64,000 nucleotides of DNA from an uncultured Gemmatimonadales bacterium (GCA_963795085.1 CAWCFX010000001.1:832001-896000), one strand, 5' to 3'. Positions 47,722 to 60,280 are shown, counted from the stretch's first letter. Numbers and translations: made by a program. The notes: generated from the sequence alone by a model not told the origin.

Positions 47722-48546
47722 GTGAGCACTACCCCGCGTCCTGGCGTCCAGGATACCTCCCCCGCGGCCCTGGATGCCCAGGTCGAGGTGTACCGCCGGC
47801 TTTCGCCCGCCAGGCGGCTGGAGATCGCCATCGAGATGAGCCTGCTGGCCCGCGCCCTCCTCCGGGCGCGGGTCGCAGGCGAGCACCCGGACTGGTCGGA
47901 TCGGCAGCTGACGCTCGAGGTGCTCCGGCATACCCTGCCCGGCGGCCGGCTTCCCGCCTGCGCTGGCATGACCGCCCGCGATCTCCTCCGGCGGATCCTC
48001 GGTAAGCTGGAGGACGCGGGCATTGCCTCGATGCTGACCGGGTCGTTCGCCAGCTCGTATCACGGAATTCCCCGGGCAACCCAGGACATTGACCTCGTGA
48101 TCACCGCCACGGCGGAGCAGGTCAGCCGCCTGGTCCGGGCACTTCCTCCGGCCGACTACTATGTGGATGAACAGGCGGCCCTCGACGCGCACCACCATCA
48201 AACCCAGTTCAACATCATCGACCTGGCCACCGGATGGAAGATTGACCTGATCGTCCGCAAGGATCGGCCCTTCAGCCGGACCGAGTTCGAGCGCCGGATC
48301 CGGACCGAGGTCGAGGGGGTTTCCCTGCATGTGGCGACCGCCGAAGATATCGTGCTGGCCAAACTGGAATGGGCACGGATGAGCGGCTCGAGCCGGCAGC
48401 TTGAAGACGTCATTGGGCTCCTCCGGGTCCGGGGCCCACTCGACCAGGCGTACCTCGCGCGCTGGGTCGGCAGGCTCGGCGTTGACGCCGAATGGGAGAC
48501 GGTGCAGGCCAGCCTTCGCCAGGGGCAGGGCCACCGCGGGGAATAG
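47722..48546 (+). CDS. Small partner fused in frame to nucleotidyltransferase (DUF6036-like; internal ATG 47968)
   Basis: DTSPAA..RRLSPARRLE..HPDWS followed by TGSFAS..PRATQDID, EDIVLAKLEW. Confidence 0.75.
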   Translation: MSTTPRPGVQDTSPAALDAQVEVYRRLSPARRLEIAIEMSLLARALLRARVAGEHPDWSDRQLTLEVLRHTLPGGRLPACAGMTARDLLRRILGKLEDAGIASMLTGSFASSYHGIPRATQDIDLVITATAEQVSRLVRALPPADYYVDEQAALDAHHHQTQFNIIDLATGWKIDLIVRKDRPFSRTEFERRIRTEVEGVSLHVATAEDIVLAKLEWARMSGSSRQLEDVIGLLRVRGPLDQAYLARWVGRLGVDAEWETVQASLRQGQGHRGE

Positions 48547-48617
48547 TGCAGCGTGCAGCGTGCAGCGTGCAGCGTGCAGAGTGCAGCGTGCAGCGTGCAG
48601 CGTGCAGAGTGCAGAGT
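48546..48617. repeat. Heptamer tandem repeat (GTGCAGC)n
   Basis: Directly visible. Confidence 0.93.
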
Positions 48618-48674
48618 GATTGGAGATGGAAGCTGGATCGGGGCGGGCGGTAAGCATTCCGAGCGATTCACGCA

Positions 48675-48711
48675 GATTGCTTCGCTCGCCTGGCGGCTCG
48701 CTCGCGATGAC
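48675..48711 (-). repeat. Solo REP-like element related to the 17.3-18.4 kb array
   Basis: GATTGCTTCG..CTCGCGATGAC. Confidence 0.65.
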
Positions 48712-48801
48712 TCTGGTGTGGATGCCAGGTTCGATCGGCCGACGTCGCCGCCAGTCTGAAATCCGAAATCTGCGATCTGAATCGATTATATTTCCCCTCG
48801 C

Positions 48802-48874
48802 GGGGCGGTAGCTCAGTTGGGAGAGCACCTGGTTTGCAACCAGGGGGTCGTGGGTTCGATTCCCATCCGCTCCA
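48802..48874 (+). tRNA. tRNA-Ala (TGC), CCA not encoded
   Basis: Acceptor stem GGGGCGG/CCGCTCC with G3:U70, D-arm AGCTCAGTTGGGAGAGC, anticodon CCTGG-TTTGCAA-CCAGG, GTTCGATTC. Confidence 0.97.
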
Positions 48875-48926
48875 TCCGGGTTCCAGCGCCGTCCCTCTTC
48901 CACCGGGACTCCGCCCTCCCGCTCTC

Positions 48927-50261
48927 ATGACACTTTCCTTTCTCCTGCTCGCCGCCGGCGCCCTCCTCACCACCGGCCGCTCCCAGCGCCTCGGCCTCGC
49001 CGGCCTGGTGCCCCTCGGGCTCGGCATCGCCGCGACCCGGGTCCGGCTCGGCACCGACGACGCCAGCCTCGCCCTCCGCGCCGCCGAACGGGGAGCGCCG
49101 CTCCCCTTCCTCCAGGTCAATACCGGGCTCATCCTCCTCGGGCTGGCCCTGCTGCTCTGGGCCGCCCTGGCTCCCCTGTTCCCGGGACGCCGCCCACCCG
49201 CGGCCATTGAAAGCCGGGAGGAGAACTCCGGCCTGTTCCGATGGCTCGCCGCTCTCCTGGCCGCCGCCGGGACCGCCCTGATGGTGGCGGCCCATCTCCC
49301 CCTCCTCGCCCTCATCGGCTGGTTTCCCAGCGTCCTCGGCGGGCTCGCGGTCGGGGCGGGAGCGATGGTCCTGTTTCAGGCCGGCCGCTTCGCCCGCCTG
49401 GGGTCGGCGGTGCGCTGGCTGGATACCCGCCTGCTCGAGCGCTACCCGCCGCCGCTGCTTCCGCTTCTTTCCACCACCTTCGACCTGGTGTGGGTCGGCG
49501 GCTTCTACGTCGCTGGGGCCGTGATGGTCGTGGCGCCTTCGCTCCGGGGGTTCGCCCTGGCCGCCGTCGTCGCCGGCACGGTGAGCCACGTCCTGATGCG
49601 CCGAGCCGGGAGCGGCAGCCCCATCCCGGTGAGCGCGCTGTTGCTGCTCCTGCTGGTCCCCGTGCACGGCCACCTGGTGTCCATCGCCGGCGTCGCCGCC
49701 CCGGCCATCCCGGCGCTCTCCTCCGGCCCGTTCAGCATCGCGCTGGAAAACCAGGTGGTGCCCTGGATCGGGATCGCCGTCCTGGGTCTCGCCGCGATGT
49801 GGCCGCTGCACGGAATGATTCTCCCGCTGGCGGCCCCGCTGGCCGGCATCCTGCTGCTCCGGCTGGGAGGCGCGTTTCCCAACGGCATGGCGCACTGGGC
49901 TCCCCTCTTCATGCCGCTGGCGCTGCTCGGCGTCTGGCATGCCGCCGCGCGCCCCGCCCACCCTTCCGCGCACCCCCGCCGCCTGATCGAAGCCCTGGCC
50001 GGACTCTCCCTCATCGGGATCTTCGCCGGCGGCGAGGGCATTCACGGCGCCTGGTGGCTGCTCGGTGCGGCGGCGCTGGTCCCCTGGCTCTGGCGGGGCG
50101 GCCGCCTCGTCGCGCACCCCGCCGCCCGGCTGGTCTGGCTGCCGGTCGCCTGGGGCGCGCTGCTGGTGGTGGCGGGAGGCCTGGCGGCCCAGGTGACCTA
50201 TACCGTCATCGCCGCGGGAGGCATCGCGGCCGCACTCTGGGTGTATCACACTCCCGAATGA
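48927..50261 (+). CDS. Polytopic membrane protein of unknown function
   Basis: Many hydrophobic helices; high GC3. Confidence 0.7.
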   Translation: MTLSFLLLAAGALLTTGRSQRLGLAGLVPLGLGIAATRVRLGTDDASLALRAAERGAPLPFLQVNTGLILLGLALLLWAALAPLFPGRRPPAAIESREENSGLFRWLAALLAAAGTALMVAAHLPLLALIGWFPSVLGGLAVGAGAMVLFQAGRFARLGSAVRWLDTRLLERYPPPLLPLLSTTFDLVWVGGFYVAGAVMVVAPSLRGFALAAVVAGTVSHVLMRRAGSGSPIPVSALLLLLLVPVHGHLVSIAGVAAPAIPALSSGPFSIALENQVVPWIGIAVLGLAAMWPLHGMILPLAAPLAGILLLRLGGAFPNGMAHWAPLFMPLALLGVWHAAARPAHPSAHPRRLIEALAGLSLIGIFAGGEGIHGAWWLLGAAALVPWLWRGGRLVAHPAARLVWLPVAWGALLVVAGGLAAQVTYTVIAAGGIAAALWVYHTPE

Positions 50262-50322
50262 GTGCTGTATATTGCCCCACCTGAGTCCTGTCGGTCCTTC
50301 TTCGCTTCTTCGAGGAGCCAGT

Positions 50323-50930
<608 letters not shown>

Positions 50931-50934
<4 letters not shown>

Positions 50935-51392
50935 GCATTCTTCCCCCGGTTGGCGAGCCCGCCCCCGACTTCACCCTGCCGTCCACCGCGGGCGGCACGG
51001 TGACCCTGTCGGCCCTGCGCGGCTCCAACGTCCTGCTCGCGTTCTTCCCCTCGGCCTTCAGCAGCGTCTGCACCGCCGAGATGGGTGCCTTCTCGGACGA
51101 CTTTGACCAGTTCCGGGGTTTCGACACCGTCGTCCTGCCGATCAGCGTTGACCACGTGGATTCGCTCCAGGCATTCAGGGAGAAGGAGGGCATCCGGGTG
51201 GACCTGCTCAGCGATTTCAAGCGCGAGGTCTCCCGCCGCTACGGTACGCTCATCGAGGAGGCCTTCCTCTCCAACCGCGCCTACGTGCTGGTTGACCGCC
51301 AGGGCATCATCCGGTGGGCGTTCGCGGAGCCGAACCCCGGGAGCCGCCGTGAGAACGCGGAACTCACCGGGCAGATCCGGAAACTCCCCTAG
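50931..51392 (+). CDS. Peroxiredoxin (AhpC/TSA, AhpE-like); start codon unclear
   Basis: [35 protein letters not shown]. Confidence 0.88.
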
Positions 51393-51477
51393 CCTTGGCC
51401 ACCACGTCCCCCGAGCTCATCGCGCGTACCGATCGGTACCCGGGCTCGGGGGACGCTCGCGTCCCGCCGGTCCACCG

Positions 51478-54081
51478 GTGAGACGGGTGCTGCTCGGGTG
51501 CACCACCCCGGACCGCGACGCGGCCTGGGAATGCCTGGGCACGATCCCGGATATCTCTCCCGAAATGCTGGACGCCGGCTCGCTGGCTGTGGACCCGCCG
51601 GACGTGCTGTGGCTGCACGGGCCGGGGGCCCCGCTCGACGGGGTGCGGGAATGGCTGGAGCGGGGCGGCCGGATGCTCGCCACCCTGGAAGCCGCCGCGG
51701 TGCCGGCGCGCCTGGGACTGGAGCGGGTGTCTCCCGATGAACGCATCCGGGGAACCTGGCAGGAGAAGGACGCGGTGCGCGGGCTGGCGGCCTTCGGCGC
51801 CCATCCGCTCTTCGCCGGGATGGGACAGGGCGCCTTCACCTGGGCGCCCGCCGTGGGCGAGACCTTCTCCTGGCTGGTCTATCGCAGCACCCGCCCCAAC
51901 TCCGCTGCCGTCATCGCGGTCGAGCGCCATTCGCGGGAGTTGAACCCGGAGCGGGTCGTCGCCTGGGAGTACCAGGTCGGGGACGGCGGCATCCTCTGTA
52001 TCGGCGCCTTCGTGCACCCCGGCGCATCCAGCCGGCGCTTCTCCCGCCACCTCGCCGCCCTGCTGGCCAACGCCATCGCCGGCGATGCCATCCCCCATCG
52101 CGACCGGGCGGTGCCGGTCGCCACCTGGCCGGAGCCGGGCCGCTACGCGCAGCGGAATACCGCCGTGCCGGTGCCGGAGATCTCCCCCCTCGAAGGCCCC
52201 TGGATTCCCTCCAGCTCGGACCTGGTGCTCGAAGGCGACTACGATGGCCCCCGTCCCTGGACGCTGGCCGGCCGGCGCATGCTGCTCACCGGCACTGAAG
52301 AAACCGGACTGGTCGAGGCCTGGTCTCATCCCTTCCGGCTGATGCACCAGGTGGACCTGCAGATAAACGGGACGGCGCCGGTTCCCCAGTCGGTCCGGGT
52401 GGCCCCGGACCAGGTTTCCCGGACATTCAGGGCCGGCGCGCTGTCCGGCGAGGAACGCTGGACCACCGGGCTGGAACGGCCGGTGCTGATCTGGGAAATC
52501 GAATCGAGTCCCATGGCCGCCATCCGGGCGGCATGGTCGGTGGACCTGCGGCGGATGTGGCCCTATCCCGATGGTGCCTGCGGCGACCTGCGCTGGAACC
52601 TGAGCGAGGATGGGACGAGGCTCTGGATCGGCGCGGCCGGTGCCTCGCTGCAGATCGTGTTTCTGGTGCAGGGCGGCCGGCTGCTCCCGCCGGAGGGGAT
52701 CGCCAGCGCGGCGCCCCGCGTGGAGGTGCGGGTGGCGGGGCAGGGGTCGCTCCGGATCGTGGCGGTCGCCGGAGTGGACAGCGACGATCTCGCGGCCAGC
52801 GTTCGCGCGGTCGCCCGGAAACAATTCGATGGACTCCAGCGCCAGCGGGCCCAGCATGCCGAGCAGGTTCGGGCCTACGGGGTGGCGATCGAAACCCCGG
52901 ACCCCGACCTGGCCCGGGCGTTCGAATGGGCCAAGGTGCGGACCGACAGTTTCGTGGCCGACACGCCGGGGCTGGGCCGCTCGCTGCTCGCGGGGTATGC
53001 TGCGTCCCGTCCCGGCGAAGGCGATGGGCGCCCGGGGCTGGCCTGGTATTTCGGGCCCGACGCCTGCCGGACCGCCCTGGCCCAGCTGGCCGCCGGCCAG
53101 CGGGAGCCGGTGCGCGACGTGATCCGCTTTCTTTCCCGCCACCAGGACGTGACCGGCCAGGTGCTGTCCCAGTACTCCACCAGCGGGCTGGCGCAGTTCG
53201 ACGATGCCGAGAGCACGCCGCTCTACCTGCTTCTGGTGGCCCGCTATGCGGCATGGACCGGCGACCTGGATTTTCTCGGGAAGCAGTGGGACCGGGTGGA
53301 GCGGGCCTGGCGGTTCTGCCTCGAGGCTGAATGTGACCTGAGCGGGATGGACGAGCTGGCGCCGGTCGCCGATGCGCTGGGCCGGGGTGAAATGGCGGAC
53401 CGCCTCAGGCAGCGCGGTGACGGCAGCGGCCCGGCGCCGGGCCGCGCCCGGCTCGCCTCCATGGCGGGCGCCACCTTCTCCACGCCCTGGGGTGTCCGGA
53501 CCCTCGCGGCGGACGATCCGCGCTTCGACCCCGCGGACGCGTACCACGGCGCGGTCTCGCCCTGGCTCACCGGCCGGGCCAGCCTCGCCGAGTGGCGGGC
53601 CGGGGACTACGCCGCGGCACTGGATCACCTGCTCATCAATGCCCGGATCTACCGCGACCGGCAGCGGGGCGCGTACGACCAGCTGCTCCATGGCCTCGCG
53701 TACCGGGGGGCCGGCGGCTGTCCCGACTCCGCCACTTCCGCGGCGATGGTGATCTCGCCGGTCATCGAGGGGCTGTGGGGCATCGTCCCCAGCGCCCTGG
53801 ATGACGAAGTCGCCATCGCGCCCTGGCTGCCGCCGGACTGGCCCCGGATGAGCCTGCGCCGTCTCCGGGTGGGACGCACCGTGCTGGACCTCGAGGTGCG
53901 CAGGCGCCCGGCCCAGCTGGCGGTGCGCATCGCCCGGAGCTTCGGTCCCGGCATCCTGGTCACCCTATCCCCCCGGCTGGACCGGGAGCCGGAGAGCGTG
54001 GCGGTGGACGACGTGGTGATGGCGGGCGCGAGCGTCCGGTTCCAGGTCCGCGACCGGCATGAGGCGATCTTCACCCTGTGA
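51478..54081 (+). CDS. Amylo-alpha-1,6-glucosidase/six-hairpin glycosidase-like protein
   Basis: LLAGY..GRPGLAWYFGPD, STPLYL, WGVRTL, YHGAVSPWLTG; catalytic region looks shortened. Confidence 0.7.
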   Translation: MRRVLLGCTTPDRDAAWECLGTIPDISPEMLDAGSLAVDPPDVLWLHGPGAPLDGVREWLERGGRMLATLEAAAVPARLGLERVSPDERIRGTWQEKDAVRGLAAFGAHPLFAGMGQGAFTWAPAVGETFSWLVYRSTRPNSAAVIAVERHSRELNPERVVAWEYQVGDGGILCIGAFVHPGASSRRFSRHLAALLANAIAGDAIPHRDRAVPVATWPEPGRYAQRNTAVPVPEISPLEGPWIPSSSDLVLEGDYDGPRPWTLAGRRMLLTGTEETGLVEAWSHPFRLMHQVDLQINGTAPVPQSVRVAPDQVSRTFRAGALSGEERWTTGLERPVLIWEIESSPMAAIRAAWSVDLRRMWPYPDGACGDLRWNLSEDGTRLWIGAAGASLQIVFLVQGGRLLPPEGIASAAPRVEVRVAGQGSLRIVAVAGVDSDDLAASVRAVARKQFDGLQRQRAQHAEQVRAYGVAIETPDPDLARAFEWAKVRTDSFVADTPGLGRSLLAGYAASRPGEGDGRPGLAWYFGPDACRTALAQLAAGQREPVRDVIRFLSRHQDVTGQVLSQYSTSGLAQFDDAESTPLYLLLVARYAAWTGDLDFLGKQWDRVERAWRFCLEAECDLSGMDELAPVADALGRGEMADRLRQRGDGSGPAPGRARLASMAGATFSTPWGVRTLAADDPRFDPADAYHGAVSPWLTGRASLAEWRAGDYAAALDHLLINARIYRDRQRGAYDQLLHGLAYRGAGGCPDSATSAAMVISPVIEGLWGIVPSALDDEVAIAPWLPPDWPRMSLRRLRVGRTVLDLEVRRRPAQLAVRIARSFGPGILVTLSPRLDREPESVAVDDVVMAGASVRFQVRDRHEAIFTL

Positions 54082-54125
54082 ATGGTATATTGGGGTCCAT
54101 CCGCTTCGTTCTTCCCGTGAGGCCC

Positions 54126-54632
54126 ATGCTCTTCACTCGCCTGCTGGCCGCCGGATGCCTCGTGCTGCTTCCGGCCTGTACCCTGGAGGATCATACGCCG
54201 GCCGGCAGCCGGCGGGACGAGGCGCAGATCCGCGAGGTGATCGTCGAGTTCTATCGCGGGATCGCCGCGCAGGACTGGGACCAGGTGCGGGGCTTCTTCG
54301 CGCCGGAGGGGAAGGTGAGCCTTGAGCGCGCGGCGGCCCCGGACACCGCGCCGGTCCTCTCCGTGGTGCCCGCTGACTCGGCGCTGGCTCTCTGGGCCCG
54401 GCTGGCGGAATCCGATTCGGCCACCGGTCCGGGCGAGGCCCGGGTCATTCGCGCCGACCTGCGCCAGGCGGACGGGGTGGCGGCCGTCTGGGTCTCGGTC
54501 CGGCTGGACGCACCCCTCCGCCGCCGGGCCGCCGCGGGCGGCTCCACCGAAACCGAGGAACACCTGGTGCTGCACCGGACCGCCGACGGGTGGCGCATCG
54601 TGCTCCTCGCCCTGCCCTGGACCCACCGATGA
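54126..54632 (+). CDS. NTF2/SnoaL-like lipoprotein
   Basis: Lipobox LPAC; LVLHRTADGWRIV. Confidence 0.7.
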   Translation: MLFTRLLAAGCLVLLPACTLEDHTPAGSRRDEAQIREVIVEFYRGIAAQDWDQVRGFFAPEGKVSLERAAAPDTAPVLSVVPADSALALWARLAESDSATGPGEARVIRADLRQADGVAAVWVSVRLDAPLRRRAAAGGSTETEEHLVLHRTADGWRIVLLALPWTHR

Positions 54633-56145
54633 CCCCGCCGTCGCCCGCGCCGACCGCCCTCGAGCTGATCGGGACGGTGGCCAAGCTGCTCAAGGCGGGG
54701 AACGCCGCGGACCTCACGGTGTCCGCGGTGGCCGCCGTGCTGCGGGACGGCGTGCGGGCGGACGAGATCGCCATCTGGTTCCGGGAGGCGCACGCCACCA
54801 CCTTCTGCCGGATCGTGGCGGGGGGGAGGAAGGGGAACCGGTCCAGGGCCAGGTCGAGGTACCCGCCCGCAACCCGCTGGCCGACCGCATTCACCTGGTC
54901 CACGAGGGCGAGTGGCTGGGGGTGCTCGACGCCATCCGGCGGGAGCCCCATACCCCGGACGATCTCCAGGTCCTCACCGTCACCGGGGACCTGCTGGCGC
55001 CGTTCCTTGGCACCCTCGAGCTGTCGGAGGACCTCGCCTACGAAGTGGCGATGCGGTCCCATGAAATCGAAGAGCAGCGGCGGTTCACCACCCTGGTCAT
55101 CGACTCCCTGCCGGTGGGGCTCTACGTGGTGGACCGGGGCTACCGGATCCAGATCTGGAACCGGAAGCGGGAGATGGGGACCCAGGGCCTCAAGCGGGAC
55201 GAGGTGGTGGGCCGGCCGGTCTTCGACGTCCTGACCCGGCAGCCGCCCGAGGAGTTGCGGGCCGAGTTCGAGCAGGTCTTCGAGACCGGCGAGATCCAGC
55301 AGATCGAGCTGGAGGTGGGCGAGGGCGACGACCGGCGCAGCTACCGGATCAGCAAGATCCCCATGCGGCTGGACGGCGACGAGATCACCCACGTGATCAC
55401 CATCGGCGAAGACGTCACCCTCTGGCACACCGTGCAGCAGCAGATCCTGCAGAGCGAGAAGCTGGCGGCCATCGGCCAGCTGGCGGCGGGGATCATGCAC
55501 GAGATCAACAACCCGCTGGCGACCATCAGCGCCTGCGTCGCGGCGCTGGAGAACTCGGTCGCGGACGCGGCCGCCCCGGTGCGGGCCGGGGCCCAGGAAT
55601 ACCTGGATATCATCGACAAGGAAGTCCAGCGCTGCACCAACATCGTGGACGGCCTGCTCGATTTCAGCCGGCCCAAGGGCAAGGCCAAACGCAAGATCCG
55701 GATCGGCTCGCTGCTGGAGGATGCCCTCTTCCTCCTCAAGCATCACAAGGGCTTTCGCAAGCTCGAGGTCCGGCTGGAGGTGGATCCCGCCCTGCCCGAT
55801 GTCTTCGCCAACGCCGAGCAGCTGATCCAGGCGTTCATGGCCATCATGCTGAACGCGGTGGACGCGATGGAGGACGGCGGCGAGCTGCAGGTGCGGAACG
55901 CCCGCAATCCGCACCGGGAGGACGAGATCGTCATCGAGTTCCAGGACAGCGGCATGGGCATCCCCCGGGCGGAACTGTCCAAGATCTTCGAGCCGTTCTA
56001 CACCACCAAGCCGCAGGGGCGGGGGACCGGGCTCGGCCTCTCCATCTGCTACGGGATCGTGGAACAGCATGGCGGCCGGCTGGAAGCGGAGAGCCAGCCG
56101 GGGCGGGGGTCCACGTTTCGGATGTTTTTGCCGATCGGGGAATGA
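54629..56145 (+). CDS. PAS-domain sensor histidine kinase (NtrB-like); frameshift at G7 run 54820-54826
   Basis: PAS, HEINNPL, N/G1/F/G2 boxes; one extra G joins the N-terminal ORF to the kinase ORF. Confidence 0.85.
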
Positions 56146-56146
56146 C

Positions 56147-56297
56147 GTGCGGCGTGCGGTGTGCGGCGTGCAGCGTGCAGCGTGCAGCGTGCAGCGTGAA
56201 GCGTGCAGCGTGCAGCGTGCAGCGTGAAGCGTGCGGCGTGCAGCGTGCGTGAAGCGTGCAGCGTGAGGCGTGCAGCGTGAGTGCGGTGCAGAGTGCA
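56147..56297. repeat. Heptamer tandem repeat (GTGCAGC)n, about 20 copies
   Basis: Directly visible. Confidence 0.93.
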
Positions 56298-56332
56298 GAG
56301 GAATTCCTGATCCCTTTAAATGGGCCCGTGCC

Positions 56333-57004
<672 letters not shown>

Positions 57005-57007
<3 letters not shown>

Positions 57008-57179
57008 GGGAATTGAGGGAATTGAGGGAATTGAGGGAATTGAGGGAATTGAGGGAATGAGTGATGAGGGAATTGATGGAATTGATGGAATTGAGGGAAA
57101 TGAGGGAATTGATGGAATTGACGGAATTGAAGGAATTGATCAATTACAAATTCCCTCAATTCCCTCAATTCCCTCAATT
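57005..57179. repeat. Nonamer tandem repeat (GAGGGAATT)n with inverted tail (AATTCCCTC)3
   Basis: Directly visible between regulator and kinase genes. Confidence 0.93.
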
Positions 57180-57182
57180 ACC

Positions 57183-58703
57183 ATGACTACTATCCGCGGC
57201 CGTCTCACCGTCTGGTACACGGTGGCCATGATGGTGGTCCTGCTCGGTTTCGGGGCCGCCATCGTGATCGAGCGGCGGCATCCCAGCTATCCGGAGCTGG
57301 ACGACCGGCTGTCGCTGGAGGCGGACTTTGCCGGCGGCTGGCTGCTGGAGCAGGCCCGGGTGCTGGGCGGCGATATCACCGTCATGGACTCGGTGCCGGA
57401 CCGGCGGGGTCTCTGGGTCCGGCGGCTGACGCTCACTGCTGACGTCAGCAGCTACCTGGAAGCGATGCGGGACCCGCTGATCGTGACCGACTCGGCCGGC
57501 AACCTGGTCTATGCCTCGCAGGAGGCTCGCCGCCTCCGCTATGAATCGCTGGAGGCCCTCCGCGTCCTCTTGAGCCCCCGGCCCGAGGCCCGGGTCGCCG
57601 GCCTTGCCGCGCTGGGCGACCCCGAGGGGGAGTACCGCTACCTCGCCGCGCCGATTGCCGCGCCCGGCTCCGGGATCGGGTCCCTGCTCATCGCGACGCC
57701 GACCCAGACCGTTTCCATCGAGCCGCGCCAGCTGATCCGCTCCATGCTGGTCGTCGCGCCCATCATTCTCCTGGGTTCCGTGGGCGTGGGGTACTGGCTG
57801 GCCGGGCGGGCGCTCCGCCCGGTCCAGGACATGATGGACGAGCTGGAGGCGATCCAGGACGGCCGCAGTCTGCACCGCCGGCTGATGGTGCCCCGGTCCG
57901 GCGACGAGCTGGCCCGCCTGGCCATGAAGGTGAACGGGATGATCGCCCGGCTGGAGCAGAGCTTCTCGGGGCTGCGGCGGTTCACCGCCGACGCGAGCCA
58001 CGAGCTCAAGACGCCGCTGATGGTGATCCGGGCCGGGGTGGAGCGGGCCCTCACCAATCCGAAGGCGCCCCCGGACAGCATCGAGATGCTGGACGATACC
58101 CTCAACCAGATCAACCTGATGAGCGAGCTGGTGGAGACGCTGCTCACCCTCGCCCGGGCCGATGAAGGCCGGGCCACGCTCGCGGTGGAGCAGCACGATG
58201 TCCGCGGCCTGGTGGGCGAGGCGGTCGAGACGGCCGGCATGCTGGGGGAGGCCGCCGACATCACGGTGCGGGCGGCGCTCCCCGAAGGGCCGGTGATCCT
58301 GCCGGTGGATGCGGGCCGCATCCGCCAGCTGCTCCTCAACCTCGTCACCAACGCGATCAAGTACACGCCGCCCGGCGGCTCGGTGTCCCTGGAACTGGCC
58401 GACACCGGCAGCCTCATCACCATCTCGGTCAGCGATACCGGCATCGGCATCGCCCCCGGCGACCTGCCCCACGTCTTCGACCGGTTCTGGAGAGCCGACC
58501 TGGCCCGCACCCGGACCGGCGACCGCCCGGGGTACGGCCTCGGCCTCGCCATCTCCCGGTGGATCGCCGAAGCGCATGGCGGCACGATCGTGGTGCAGAG
58601 CCGGCCCGGCCGGGGCAGCCTGTTCACCGTCACCCTCCCGCGGGGCACCCCGCCCGCCAGCGGCACTTCCGGAGACGCTCACCCGCCCGTTACCGATCTG
58701 TAA
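57183..58703 (+). CDS. HAMP-domain sensor histidine kinase
   Basis: Two TMs, HAMP, ADASHELKTP, NAIKYT, DTGIG, GLGLAI. Confidence 0.93.
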   Translation: MTTIRGRLTVWYTVAMMVVLLGFGAAIVIERRHPSYPELDDRLSLEADFAGGWLLEQARVLGGDITVMDSVPDRRGLWVRRLTLTADVSSYLEAMRDPLIVTDSAGNLVYASQEARRLRYESLEALRVLLSPRPEARVAGLAALGDPEGEYRYLAAPIAAPGSGIGSLLIATPTQTVSIEPRQLIRSMLVVAPIILLGSVGVGYWLAGRALRPVQDMMDELEAIQDGRSLHRRLMVPRSGDELARLAMKVNGMIARLEQSFSGLRRFTADASHELKTPLMVIRAGVERALTNPKAPPDSIEMLDDTLNQINLMSELVETLLTLARADEGRATLAVEQHDVRGLVGEAVETAGMLGEAADITVRAALPEGPVILPVDAGRIRQLLLNLVTNAIKYTPPGGSVSLELADTGSLITISVSDTGIGIAPGDLPHVFDRFWRADLARTRTGDRPGYGLGLAISRWIAEAHGGTIVVQSRPGRGSLFTVTLPRGTPPASGTSGDAHPPVTDL

Positions 58704-58769
58704 CCATTTGCCCGCGGGCCGGTTCATCCGCCGGGCATCTCTTATATCAACGACCTCACGGAGCGGATC

Positions 58770-59444
58770 ATGTTCGAGTCGTTGATGCAGCAGGCCCGGC
58801 CCCGGCGCCGGGTGGGGGCCCAGGCGGTATCCGTCGCCCTGCATGCGGGGGTGCTGTTTCTGCTGGTCCGGCCGTCTCCCGTTGGAAGAACTCTCGATCG
58901 CGGGGACCCCGTGTACCAGCCGCTGGTGACCTACGACCACGCCGCGGGGAGGACGCCGGCTCAGGTTGAAGGCAGTGACGGCGAGGTGATTCCCAGTCCG
59001 GTCTGCGATTGCCCGGTGTCGGCACCGGGTCCGCTGAGGGTGGACCTGCCCGGCCTGCCCGGGCCGCTGGCGCCGGGGATCCCGACACCCGGAGGAGTTC
59101 CTGGCATCGAGCCGATCCCGACATCGCCGGCTGGCGAGCCCGGGGTGTACCGGGTCCAGGATCTATCGGAAGGGCCAGCGGCGCTGCATGTTCCCCCGCC
59201 CGCGTACCCCCCGGCGCTCCGGGCCGCCGGCCTGGAAGGCACCGTGGTGGTGACCTACGTCGTCGGAGTCGATGGCAGGGTCGAGGCGGGCAGCCTATCA
59301 ATAGAGTCGGCCGGCCATGCGCTCTTTGGAACGGCCGTGGAGGCCGCGCTGATGGAGGCGCGGTTCCGGCCGGGCCGGCTTCGGGGAACCCCGGTCAGGT
59401 CGCTGGTGCGCCAGGTCATACGGTTTTCGCTAATGCCGCTGTAA
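58770..59444 (+). CDS. tonB: TonB family protein
   Basis: SVALH TM motif, Pro-rich linker, YPPALRAAGLEGTV..FRPG. Confidence 0.85.
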   Translation: MFESLMQQARPRRRVGAQAVSVALHAGVLFLLVRPSPVGRTLDRGDPVYQPLVTYDHAAGRTPAQVEGSDGEVIPSPVCDCPVSAPGPLRVDLPGLPGPLAPGIPTPGGVPGIEPIPTSPAGEPGVYRVQDLSEGPAALHVPPPAYPPALRAAGLEGTVVVTYVVGVDGRVEAGSLSIESAGHALFGTAVEAALMEARFRPGRLRGTPVRSLVRQVIRFSLMPL

Positions 59445-59529
59445 TGGAATTGTCATCTTTGGCTAGTGGACGGGAAATCGTCGGGGTGTACCTTACGGTT
59501 CCACTCTCTCTGGAAGCATGGGAGGCGCT

Positions 59530-60231
59530 GTGTTCGATACCCTGATTGAATCCAAACCGAAGAAGCAGCGAACGGCGGGACAGACCGTCTTCTCGGTCAT
59601 CATCCACGGGTTGCTCATCGTGGGGGCCCTCAAGGTCACCCAGGGGGCCGCCGAGCGGGTGGAGGAGATGTTGTCGGACACCACCATGGTGTTCCTGACT
59701 CCGCCGGAGGCCACGCCGCCGCCGCCGGAGGTGCCGCCGGAGGATGTCGTGGTCAGCGCCAATCCCCCGCCCAAGGGGTTCCAGACCATCGTCGCGCCCC
59801 AGGAAATCCCGACCGAGATACCGCCGGTCAACCTGAACGAGCGGGCGCTGGATCCCCGGGACTTCACCGGGAAGGGCATTGAAGGCGGCATCGCGGCGGG
59901 CGTGGTGGGCGGTACCGGTCCGGTCGAGATCGGGCAGACCTTCCTCGAGGCCCAGGTGGACGATCCGCCGCTGATGATCCAGCCGGGTCCCCAGGTCTTT
60001 CCCCCGGCCATGAAGACGGCCGGCATCCCCGGCAAGGTCACCATGCAGTACATCGTGGACGTGACCGGCCACGTGGAGGCGAGTTCCTTCAAGGTCCTGG
60101 CGACCACCCACCAGGCGTTCGTCGAGCCGGCCAAGCAGATGCTGCTCAAGAGCCTGTTCAAGCCGGGCAAGGTGAAAGGCACCCCGGTGCGGGTGCTGGT
60201 CCAGCAAGTCATCAATTTCACGATCCAGTAG
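59530..60231 (+). CDS. tonB: TonB family protein
   Basis: SVIIH TM motif, Pro-rich linker, TonB C-terminal domain. Confidence 0.88.
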   Translation: MFDTLIESKPKKQRTAGQTVFSVIIHGLLIVGALKVTQGAAERVEEMLSDTTMVFLTPPEATPPPPEVPPEDVVVSANPPPKGFQTIVAPQEIPTEIPPVNLNERALDPRDFTGKGIEGGIAAGVVGGTGPVEIGQTFLEAQVDDPPLMIQPGPQVFPPAMKTAGIPGKVTMQYIVDVTGHVEASSFKVLATTHQAFVEPAKQMLLKSLFKPGKVKGTPVRVLVQQVINFTIQ

Positions 60232-60280
60232 TCGGGAGCCTTTCGCTCATCACGCAGGAATCTTTTCTGGAGATTAGACC

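Noticed and set aside
48802..48874. tRNA-Ala as integration site of the island
   Set aside because: No integrase and no duplicated tRNA end found in the window
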